A stretch of 64,000 nt of DNA from Perna viridis (Eukaryota): assembly GCA_037379345.1 (NCBI GenBank), contig CM074513.1, positions 51,625,195 through 51,689,194 on the forward strand, in the 5' to 3' direction. The notes under the pieces were generated by a model. It worked only from the letters and a program-made list of their open reading frames with translations. It did not search any database and was not told the origin of the DNA. Below are positions 29,001-41,000 of this stretch, piece by piece. Each line of letters begins with the position of its first letter. The first letter of the stretch is position 1. A program made the position numbers and the translations under genes.

Positions 29001-32000
29001 ACTATCAAATGGTAATAGTCTTTACATGAAAATACTTTATTTTGATACTGAGACAATGATGAACACAGAAAAAGGCTTCTGTTGTGAAAATGTATTCATT
29101 GATTCCAAAATAAGATATTAATGACATTCATGAGAGGATTACATGCCTTCAACTGATCCAACTACAATAGTCACAAACACTAAACAGATGAATTCATCAG
29201 ATGTGTACATCCAGAACAGATGGTATTTTAATATCAAACTAGAATAGATGTTAGATTGGAAGCCAGGTACCTTCAGATATTGATATTGTTGGTGTGTAAG
29301 CAAAAGTGATAGTAAAATTATGTAACTAGGAATTCTTAGCATTATCTTGTAGATGTAACATTTAGTGCAGATCCATGGCAGCTATGCTGTTAAATAGAAA
29401 TGTTTTGTTTAATTAATTGGAGTCTGGTGGAGATAACTGCCAAAGTCTGCTTCATTAACTGTGTGACAGCAGTAACCACAGGTGCACATGCTTTCTTGGT
29501 GTACACTATTTAATTGAGGACTTCATTGAGGCGAAGGATCTTTATGGGTGAATAAATAAATTGGCATTACTTTCCTTGTGTGAGCACCATACCGTGAATA
29601 CAGCTAACACACATACCATCTCCTCTAAGCAGCCATTGGATCTTTTATTCATTGATTGGATGGATAATATATTTTATGGATTCAAGATGAGCACAGTGTT
29701 CTTTGTTGATAGCAGGAAGGTATAGGATACTACTGTCCTTTTACATGTCCAATCCTCATTATCAGAGCATAATGTCTAGCACTGAAGGAATTAATGAGTA
29801 AGCTATGGGATATAGAAATCAATGACAATTAGCAACAGACACTGACGATGTTTTGATAGGAGATAGTGCATCCCATCTTCTTCCCTTTCTCTACAGGATA
29901 CCATGTTTTTCTGTCTGTAATAAGGTGTTTATTCTCTTGTAATGAATTGTAGAACCACAGGTCAAAGTATTCATGTATGTATTTGATTAGGAATCTACTG
30001 TTCCTATGAAGGCTGGATAGCAAAATGTTGTAAACTTCTTATTCACTTATGAATATTGGATAAGCCAAAGCTTTATTTGTGATTTTATATTAGATTTATC
30101 GTAAAATGTCTTGGTTGTCCTCATTTTCACCAATGGATGTCCGGAAGAGACCACCTACTCCAGAGTTTCCGGTTTCTCCATCAGATTTTGATGAACAGGA
30201 AATTGAGGCTAAGAAAAACAACACAATGACAATGCCTAGATCACCAAGCAAGTCTCATAGAGCAGGCATATTTCGTGGGAGGTCGGCTACTCCAGATCGT
30301 GGTAGAGCGCCAAGTCCTGTAACCATTCCAAGTATACCTAGCCAGCAGAATGCTGCTGCAGTTCCCCCATCACCCAGGGCTGGAAGGATGGTAAAAGTAT
30401 TACCAGAAAGTCCTCAGTTAGTCAAATTGCCTGGACGACCTCCAACTCCTGATGAGTCTGTTGTCCAAGACCTTTCGTGGTTACAACACTTTGTTATATG
30501 GAATGAAAGGCAAGTTTCTGGCATGGAGTGTGTATAAAGCATGCATGTATTGCTTTGATCTGTCCTGAAAAGTGTTGATACATGTATCCATGGATATAAA
30601 ACACATTTTTAACAATGCAAGGCATAAATTATGTTTTTATGACTGTACCAATGATATATGCATCTGTCTTCAGAAAAAAATTTCTTGTGCTTGTTTGTTT
30701 TTGTTGCTTTGCTGGTGTTATTTTAACTGTAAAAGAAATTCATTCCACAAATGGTTAAATGCATATGTATACCTCTGAACTTTAGGATTCTAATACACAT
30801 ACTTAGTATTACTTTTTATATGGAAATAAGGGGCTAAAAACAAACATTTTTTCTTGTATGAACCATTTCTGCAATTCAGTAAAAGTGTATGAGTTGTACT
30901 TACCGTAAGTTTGAAAATAATGTTGAAATCAGTCTTTATGACTACAAAAATAATAATGGTATGGCCCTGTTGTTATGGTCATTGGTATTGCTTGGCTCCT
31001 TAGACACTTTGGTTTACAGACGATAATTCTTTTGATTTTAATGACCTTGTAACACAAGATGCCATTCCACAAAAGGGGATTAGCTTTGAGGGTTTTGACT
31101 TGAAAATTAAAGAATTATTGACTAAAAAGGGGACACCAATAAGCATTTTCCTGGTGTCAGACTACAACTTGGGTGTAAGTGAATAAATCTCCATGAAATC
31201 ATATCACAATGATACCACAAAAGAAAGACTTGAATTAATTTTTATGTTTTTAAGGGATTATGGACCAAAAAGGGTCCAGAAACAGGCATTTTTCTGATGT
31301 CCAGACAATTACTTGACTAAAAGTGTATGGATCTCTGAAATTATAATACAATGCCTTACCAAAAACTGGAAGGTTGGGTTTGGCTTTTAGGTTTGTGATA
31401 TGTAAGTGGCCTAAAGGGGTCCAGAAACAAGCATATATGATTTCTGGACAATTACTTGAATAAAAATGTATGGATGGTGTGTATGTTTGAAATTTATTTA
31501 CAAGTTGATATACCTCAAAAGGATGACTGGGTTGGTTTTGGAAGTGTTACCTTGAAACATTTAGGAATATGGGGCCAAAAAATGGCCAGTGAGAAACATT
31601 TTATTGGTTTTTGGTTTTAACTTTTGTAAAAGTGTTTTGATCTCTATGAAAAAGTATTACAAGGTAACTTAGGAAAGTTTTGATAGATTTCAAGGCTTTT
31701 AAGAATGAGGGGCAAACAAAATAGGTCATTAATAAGTAATTTTCTTTAACTCTGGATACATTTCTTTATTGCAAATTTTAAGTTCTTTGACATTTTTCAT
31801 TCTTGTCAGAAGCTCATACTGTGTCAAAAATTGGATAACAATCCAAAAATGAAGTTTGAATGTTGTGTCCATACTGATCTGGACTGTACAGGGGTTGACC
31901 TCTGCAGTGGTATCAAACTTTGCCCTTTTTGCACAATAATTTATTTAATAGATGTGCAAATTTCTTTGAAACTTTTATTACAATGTTTCAATTTGGTTTG

Positions 32001-35000
32001 ATTTGAAAAAAATTACTTTTGGTAATAAAACTGGAACATTACACAAAACTAAAATGTCATCAAAATTGTTTCAGGTAAGATTCATACCTGATTCCTTCAG
32101 CTCATTTCCCTTTACAATGTTTTGAACTTTTGAAATATAGTAAAATTACTGAATTTTACACAATTTTATTAATTTGCTCTTTGAATGCAAGTTTATCTAG
32201 GAATAAAAAGGAATATAGATATTAAAGGAGTCTTAAGTACAAATTATGATATCAGTTACCTTCAGTATTTAAAATAAGCACAAATTTCACTAACATCAAT
32301 TTCTTTGTTAAATTTTAACATCAAGGCTTAAACCGAATTATATTTATATATATAGCAAAATATTTATTACAATATAATTTCTCTCTAAGAATTCAATCAT
32401 CTAAATAGGAAGGTTTGGCATGATCTGTAGATGTGCATGGATGAGTATTATTGTTGTCAGAGTACTCCATAGGGAGATAATCCAACTTGAAGGGTTAAAA
32501 TCTTGTAGTAAGCACAACTCTTCCTATACGGCTCAAGGGGTTTTGATGAAACTTTATAGAAAGGTTGGGTATCATATGAAGATGTACATTAAGGAATATA
32601 ACAATTATAATGAGAATGGATATGGTGAATATTTCTAGGAGACAACAACCTTACGGGGTTGAAAAAATATCAGATAAAAGCCACCCATATATGAGGATAC
32701 CCTCACACCAAAAGGCAGGCTTCCCTGTGGTGTAAGGGTTTGTCTGGAGACTCTAAAGGAAGGAAATTCAGCTGAAAGGTTTTGATTGCACCAAACAAGT
32801 GCAACTCCTTCTTGACCATACAAGGTTTTTTTTATGAAATTTAGTAGTTAGGGCTTCATATGTTTTTGTCAGGGGAATGTCCAACTTCAGAGTCTGTACA
32901 TATTTAAAACTTTATTTGAAGTGGGAGCATTCTGTTTGTGAGCTTGTTCACAGCATTTCTAGTTTTATTTGTAAGTACTCTTTCCAGTCATAATTAATGG
33001 AGAATAGGAACTGCTCTCTTCAGAACAATTTCTGAACTAGAAGAAAGTCTATTGTTATATTTGCTGTTGACTTTGATCAGTTATTTATAAGATGAAAATC
33101 TTAGTTGAATACTTATTACAGAAAATATACATATCAGTTTACATATCTGTGTCATTGTCATTTAAAATACTGTTTCATTATCAAACATAATCTTAAAATG
33201 CTACAAGTTTTTGCAGGATGCTTCTAATTATTAAATAATGTCTGGATCTTCTGTTATGGTAACATTTTATCAAGAAATTATAATGATTTACTTTTCTTAA
33301 TGTAGAAATGTAATTATTCTTTGACCAATAAGTTAATTGTAGTTTTTCTTGTAGTTTATGTCCACTTTTCACTCCTATTTATTATTAGCTCACCTTGCCC
33401 AATGGGCAGGGCCAGGTGAGCTTTTGCCATCACTTAGCTTTCTAGGTTGTCATTGTCATTAACAATTTTTCAAAACTTTTCTCCTCTGATGGTATTATTG
33501 CCGCTTTTCATGCCCCTGCAACGATAACTTGGGGCATATTGTTTTACCCCTGTCAGTCCGTCCGTAATTCCGTCCATAATTCTGTCCATCCCATAAGTTT
33601 TCTGCACTTTTTTGAAAATCCTTGAAGATATTGAACTGATTTTTTGTATGTGAGTCTTTCATGATTAGTTATAGAATGAGTTAGTTTCGTTCTGTTACTC
33701 TGAGTTTTACCAAAAATATGGGCCCTAGTCTTTAAAAATTTCATGGAAATAACAGTTTTCCACACTTTTTTTGTAAATCCTTGAAGATATTGAACTGCTT
33801 TTTGGTATGTGAGTCTGTCATGATTAGTTACAAATCGAGTATAAGTTTCATTATTCTACGCTGAGTTTTACCAAAATAATGGGCCCTGCACTTCAAAAAT
33901 TGTATTGAAATAATAGTTTTTCTTTTTTGTTTTGTAAATGCTTGAAGATATTTGACTGGTTTTTGGTATGTGAGTCTGATATGATTAGTTACAGATTGAG
34001 TTTAAGTTTCGTTCAGCTATGCTGAGTTTTACTCAAAACCACATGCGGGGGCATCATTTTTGTCTCACAGACACAATAACACATCTGACAAAGTGCTTTT
34101 TACAATTATGAGTTATGATATATAGCTGTATGAATGTCAAATGTGGGGGCATCACTTTATCTAGTTTGACATTTGTTTTGCTATTTTTTATATTATTATG
34201 TTAAAAAAAAACCTCTTTCTTTGACACTACTGGACCAATTAGAACCAAACTTGGTTTGAATGTTCTTAGGGTATAATGCCTAGAACTGATATAGGGATTT
34301 TTTTTATCTGTATGTAGACAAGCATGAATAAATAGGGGCAGATATTTTGCATATCTCCAAAACCATTAGTTTTAGCCAAGTTCTGTGTTCAGCATGATGA
34401 GATCTTTTTGTGGTCAAATTTTTTTGAAAATCTGTTAACCTCTGTTGGAGTTAAAGCCCGTTTTGGACAATTTTTGTGCTACTTTTGATGTTATTGCTTT
34501 CAAAATCTTCTCCTTTGACACTACTGTACCAATTAGAATCAAAATTGAATGTTCCTTAGGTTATTTTGCCTAGAACTGATGTTGGGATTTGTGATCTGTA
34601 GGCAGACATGGCTGCTGTTACCATAAAATAGAACAAAGGGGTCAGACAGCAGGTTTTCCCATCTCCAAAACTGTAAAATTTAGCCATTTCTGACATGGGT
34701 AAAAAATGTTTAGAGTGATCTTTGGTCAACTTTTTGTGAAAATCTGATTACTCATGTTGGAGTAATTGTCCTTTTGGGACATAATTTTGCTATTTTTAAT
34801 GTTATTACTTTCAAAAATCATTTTCTCTGAATCTACTGGACAAAATTCAGTGGGAATTATCTTGCACAAAAGAATATTGGGATTTTTGATCTGTGAAAAA
34901 ACATGGCCACTGTTACTAAAAATAGAACATTGAGGTCAGACAGTTTTTGGCATGTATTTCCTAAACTGTTAAGTTTACCCAGTTTAAGACAAGGGATAAA

Positions 35001-38000
35001 ATTTTCAGCATGAATAGAACTTTCTATGGTAAAATTTTGGGGAAAACCTGTGAACCCATGTTTGAACTTATGCCATCTTTGGATGTTTTTTCTTTGGCTG
35101 TTTAGTTTTATTTTATTCAAAAATCTTCTTCTGTGATACAAACTACTGGATCAAATTCAATGAAACTGTAAATGCATTCCTACATTTTGATATTGAAGTT
35201 TTATCTCTTCGGTTTACAAGAATCATTGTAATGAAGTCAACAGTTCTAAATCAAGTTAAAAATAGATGTTATCAATTGAAATGAAGTGAAAAACTTATAA
35301 TCTGGCTTTGCTTCAATCTTTACCATGGCTTGAAGATGTAAGCATAATGATTTTTATAAAATGAAGTGCAGTTGATTTTACACATTGTTACCCTCAGGAT
35401 TGGAACATTGCATATTTTATACAAATATTTAGTTACCAGAAATTGATGTACATTTATTAAAGCATGAATGACAATTTCATTTCAATTATTTGTTTCTATT
35501 TATTCTTCTAATTGTGCCTATGTATTAACCACATTTCATTCTTCTGATTTTTCACTTCATCTTTGTTATTCTGTTGAAGGTATGTGATGTGATACTTGAA
35601 CTTCTTAATTATGAAATTCACTTTTAATTGACTTGTTATATGACCTTTTGACCTACTTACAGCTGCTTACTATGGTGAAAAAGGTTGAATGATAAATATT
35701 ATGTATGAATCATTAATGATTTGATTAATTTGATGAGAGTGATTGTCCCACAGAGGAGGACTGGGTGATGGATTGAGATGTACTATGAATTGCTATAGTT
35801 TTATCAGTTATTTCATTATCATCTCAAACTTATAGCAAATTGTCCAGGATGAGGTGGAAAAGAAAATACAAATAGTGGGATAACTATGACTTAACTATGC
35901 CTGTGTTGTTTGGACAAATTTAGGTTGCAATAAATTTTGTACCTTCAAGTTTTCTGTTAAGAAATAGGTTTACTTTCTTACCTATAAGACCTGGAAATTA
36001 CCTTTCAATTATGTTTACCTCTTACCCAGATCTGATAACATTGTTTGTTTACATTTCAATTCAAATTCTATTTAAAGTCATAAATGTTTTCATTAAAATC
36101 TGTTTGATGTAAAATTGACCTTAGCTTGAGGGGTCAGAAAGGTCGAACAAGACACCATAAAACAGTTATATGATTGACAGAGAGTGACAAAGATTATCAA
36201 TCAGAAGGACCTGAACATTAATGTCTTGACTTTCAGGGGACATAATCTGGGATCTGCTCTCTTCAAACAGTTTTGATTGTGATAAGCAGATTAGTATAAG
36301 GAGATTGTTGATAATTCATTGAGGAATTTCATTGCTGACCAATTGTTTATGTTTATGTGACCTAGTTAGGGAAAGAAAATGCCAGAAGTAATTAGCAGGT
36401 AGGAAACCTTTGATGACCTCCAGGTAATTCATGTCATGTTCATCAAATTTTTTTAAGTAATTAGTAAGTAATATCTGTGGTCAAGTCAAGTGTCAGGCAT
36501 AAATAACCTCAAAATAATAATTTTTCACCTTTTCATTATGATTTAGGACCTGGTCTTGTAGATTTTTGTCATGTTTGTGTGTATAAGGAAAGACAGTGTG
36601 TAGTAGTATGTTATTACCATATAAACATGACAATGTTGTATTCTATGGAGACTCCTGAATAAAGGATTTGACATAAAAGCAAAAAAACATGAAACTCTGA
36701 AACCAGATAAACTCAATTGTGCAATAGCAAATTAGAGAACACGGTTTTATCAGACAACTAGATAAGGTTTAGACATTACTGAAGGAAAGTGAATCAAGTC
36801 TCTGATATCTGACAAAACTCAAAACTCCTAAGGAGACTGTATGTATTGATGGAAAATGTCGCATCTAGTAGCTGGTAGTTCTCTTGATTCCACCAGTTTT
36901 GCTGGAGTAGATTACACAGATGATGATGTTTTTGAAGAGCACTTGATAGTGAGGAGAGAGTAAGAAGAAGTTCTCTGTTGTTTTAGAAATGGTTTCTCTT
37001 TGAAGGGGGTTTACAAGTGATTGATTATTATACTGTTTTACTGACTTGTTAATTGTGTTGGAGAATAATATGTTAAGTGAGGAGGCTGGGTAAATGAGTT
37101 GATATTTTGTGAGCAACTGAAGGATTTACCACTGTTCTCTGGCATTCTTTTGTCTCTCAGGATAATCACTCATAATTCCTTGTTCTCAGTGTCAAGTCTT
37201 ATACATGTAAATACATGTTTAAGTTTCTTAGTAGGAGAGGATCTTTTTCAAAGAAATGGTCTGTACAATTTCAATGTTTGTTGTATATTAACATATCAAT
37301 TTCTAACACTGGAGAATTTTTTACATAAATTTGCATGTCTTTTTTATTTTAACCAAAAGCTATGCATTTTCAAATATTTATGTTACAATTTATGTAATTT
37401 GAATTCATTATTTTGCCTGAAAACATTTTAAACAAATAAAGATGAGTAACATTTCAGAAGTGTTGATTCTATCTCGAAACAGGAATGCTGTTCGAGATAT
37501 CACTGAGCATCAATTCAAAGGTGTGTTATGCATGACATCAAGAAGAACTTAGTGTGTGTACAATAATTGCATCCTTATTATAAAAACATTTGCTGTTAAA
37601 TGCTTTTTGTGCATAATTTGTACGGTATGTAGTTCGGTTGTTATCTATGAAGCATACCATTTATAGACTTTTTGCTGTGGTATCCTAGACAAATACATGT
37701 ATTTACAAACAATTTTTTTATTTCATCATAGTTAGCTGAAGGGTAGCTGTCAAAAGCTAACTCTTTCTTCTGCTGCTACTTCATGATGAAATGTTGAAAG
37801 TCCTTTACATCATAACAAGTTTTACTTTGAAGCTAAATCATGATATAAAATTAGAAATGATTGAATATGGGAATGGGTCCTTTTGGTAATCTGTGTTTGG
37901 TCAAAAATCAAAGTTGAAAATAATTAAAAATGATATGATATGAGACATGCTTTATACACTGCCATCCTATTATCTTGAATTTCAGTCCTACAGCTACTCA

Positions 38001-41000
38001 CATGCAGTTAACAAGAAGTCTCTTTAGAACAAAAAACACTTCATTTCTTGCTAGTTATCACCCAGTTTATGGTAGTTGCTGAAAAAAGCATCTCTAATAA
38101 TAACATTACATTTTTATATTTTCAGGGAGCAGCCCATCTTTACTACAAAAGCCCATGTGTTCCAGATAGACCCTGATACTAAAAAGAACTGGATCCCAGC
38201 CAGTAAAACTGCAGTCAGTGTGTCTTACTACTATGACTCGACAAGAAACACCTACAGAATTATCAGTGTTGATGGATCTAAGGTTGGTTACACATAATAT
38301 AACAATAAATACCTACATAAAAAGTCACGCTGAAAACTGAGTAGTATTACATTGAATGTTTGGAAAACTTCGATGAAGTAAAACTAAATTAATTCCAGGA
38401 AGTATTCATAGAACACACCAATCTCATGGAAAAAAGTTCTACCTTGACAGAATCTGAGTTGGATTTTTCATTTTTTTGTCATCTTTATGTAATTGCCTTA
38501 TTATCTGACATTCAAGGCTGTTCATTAGGAAACCAGTTAACCTGTCTGTTACCTATCATCCCCTCTACTGTCTAATCCTGAGGACAAATTAGGCAATATA
38601 AGGCCAAAATGAAAATCTGAACAGAGCTATGGATGGGTTACATTTACTTTGATGAAAAATATTCACCTCTACATCTTCAAGCTCTGTTGAGGATTATTAA
38701 AAATAAATTTTTGGCTAGAAAAAGTACTAAAATTAACTGCTCTCATAGAAAGATTCTGTTTCTTTTTTTCTAAAGTATGTCAAATGTAATTTTTGAAAAG
38801 GTTTAATGTTGAAAATTTTATTACTAGGTTCCAAACCACATTAGGAATATTGGTGTTTAGATTTTTGGGTTTATGGACTCAACCATTTTGAATTTTGGAC
38901 CAAAAAGGGCCAAAAAAGCATTTCATTGCATTTAATTATATAACTCCAGTAAAAACATATGGATGTTGATATATTCTATATCACAAATGTCAGGCTGGGA
39001 TTGATTTTGGAGGTTAATGCTTGCACCGTTTAAGAATGAGGGGCCAAAAGGGAGCCATACAAGCCTATTCCTGATATTAAGAGAATAACTTGTCTTTTGA
39101 TCTTGTTAAAATTGTAACACAGGGTGTTAAACCACCATAGCAAGGCTGGGATTTCAACCAATTAGGAATTATGGCAAAAAATGAGGCTTAAATAAGTATT
39201 TTCCTGGTGCCCAAACAATAATTATATAAGAGTATAGTGAATGAATCTCTTAAATTGTACTGCAAGGTGCCATACCTAAAAAAGGACTGGAATTAGGGGC
39301 CAAATATAGACAAAAAAACACGAACATTTCTGATTTCTGGATGATTACTTGAGTAGAAGGGATGGATCTTTTTGAAATTCTACAAAATACAGTCCGCCTG
39401 AAGGAAGGATGGGATTGATTTTTGGAAGTCGTGACTGGAACCATTGAGGAATAAGGGCCAAAAAGGGTCAAATTCTTATCATGGTGTGTCCATAACTGCC
39501 CCAACTGTTCATGGTTCAACCTCAGTGGTTATATCAAGTCATTTTTATTATATAATGGTGAATTGGTAATACATGTAGTATTGATTCATCAGATTTGACT
39601 ATGTAATGCTAGTAAGTTTGTCATAAGAATGAGTTGCCAAACTATTACAAAAACTTGAATGTTAAAATGGTAAAAATAAGGAGATATAATTAACTAGAGA
39701 GCATAAATTTACAGTGTTCTGGTAGATTAGTAATTGGTTAATTAAGTATAGATTTTTTTTGGCCATGCAAACTTAGAACAATGGAACACTGTGATACTGT
39801 CTATTATACTGTATGCAAAGCTATGTCATTTCCAGCTGTTCTGTCTGTACTGGTAATCAAAAGATAGTATTAAAACAGCTCTCCGGTCCATAAAAGTTAT
39901 AATAATTAGAATTAGTTAGCGGTTACTGTCTCATTTTGGCTGTTTATTTAATTAATATGGCATAAAAAATAACTGTAAAAAGAGAAGGTATTTTCTGCTT
40001 GTATGACAACATGAGATATATACTGTATTATGGTTTTATTGCCACCTACCAAACTGTCAATAAGATATATAGGTATAGGTTGAATAGGACTTACAAAACC
40101 TTATAATTAATTTGATATTAAAACTAGGTATTGAATAGTAAATTTGTAATTCAAAATTGATTCTGGAACTATCATTTTCTATATAAAAACAATGGAGATA
40201 CATCACATATGAATAAAAACATCTAATTAAGAAAAAAAATTAAACTTTGCCTTGTCTGTAAACGGCTTGACTGAATATTTAATTCTGTATGTGTAGCATC
40301 ATTCTGATACTCTAGTCACATGATAAAATCAGTTCAGAATCTGTCTGTTTGCTGTCACTACCATCATTAATGTCTGTTTTTATAATGTATTTATTTATAT
40401 GCAGACATTCAATACACCTCAACAGACAACTATATAATTTAATTACTTCTGTATTAAAATTATTGGCCTTTAGTGATATACAGATAAAATATTCACACAT
40501 TAGCAATATACACATGAAATGCTAACAAACTAGCAAAATACATATGAAATGTTAACACACAAGCAATATACACATGAAATGTTACCAGACTAGCAGTATA
40601 CACATGAAATGTTAACACACAAGCAATATACACATGAAATGTTAACACACAAGCAATATACACATGAAATGTTACCAGACTAGCAGTATACACATGAAAT
40701 GTTAACACACTAGCAATATACACATGAAATGTTAACACACAAGCAATATACACATGAAATGTTAACAGACTAGCAGTATACACATGAAATGTTAACACAC
40801 TAGCAAAATACACATGAAATGTTAACACACTAGCAATATAAAGATGAAGTGAAACACACTAAACCTTATTATTGTGTAATTTTTTTTACAATTTCTTATG
40901 AAGTGTTGATAGTCGAGCACTGATTTGTAATTAGTACTGATGGCACTTGATGCTTATGAGCATTTTATATTTTGTATACATGTATTTTGATGAATTTTAT

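Noticed and set aside
30106-30537. Treating this ORF as an independent nested single-exon gene
   Set aside because: The phase-matched GC donor makes a Homer alternative exon more parsimonious; independence is not excluded
40493-40828. 111-aa repetitive hydrophobic ORF
   Set aside because: Translation of the 30-bp minisatellite
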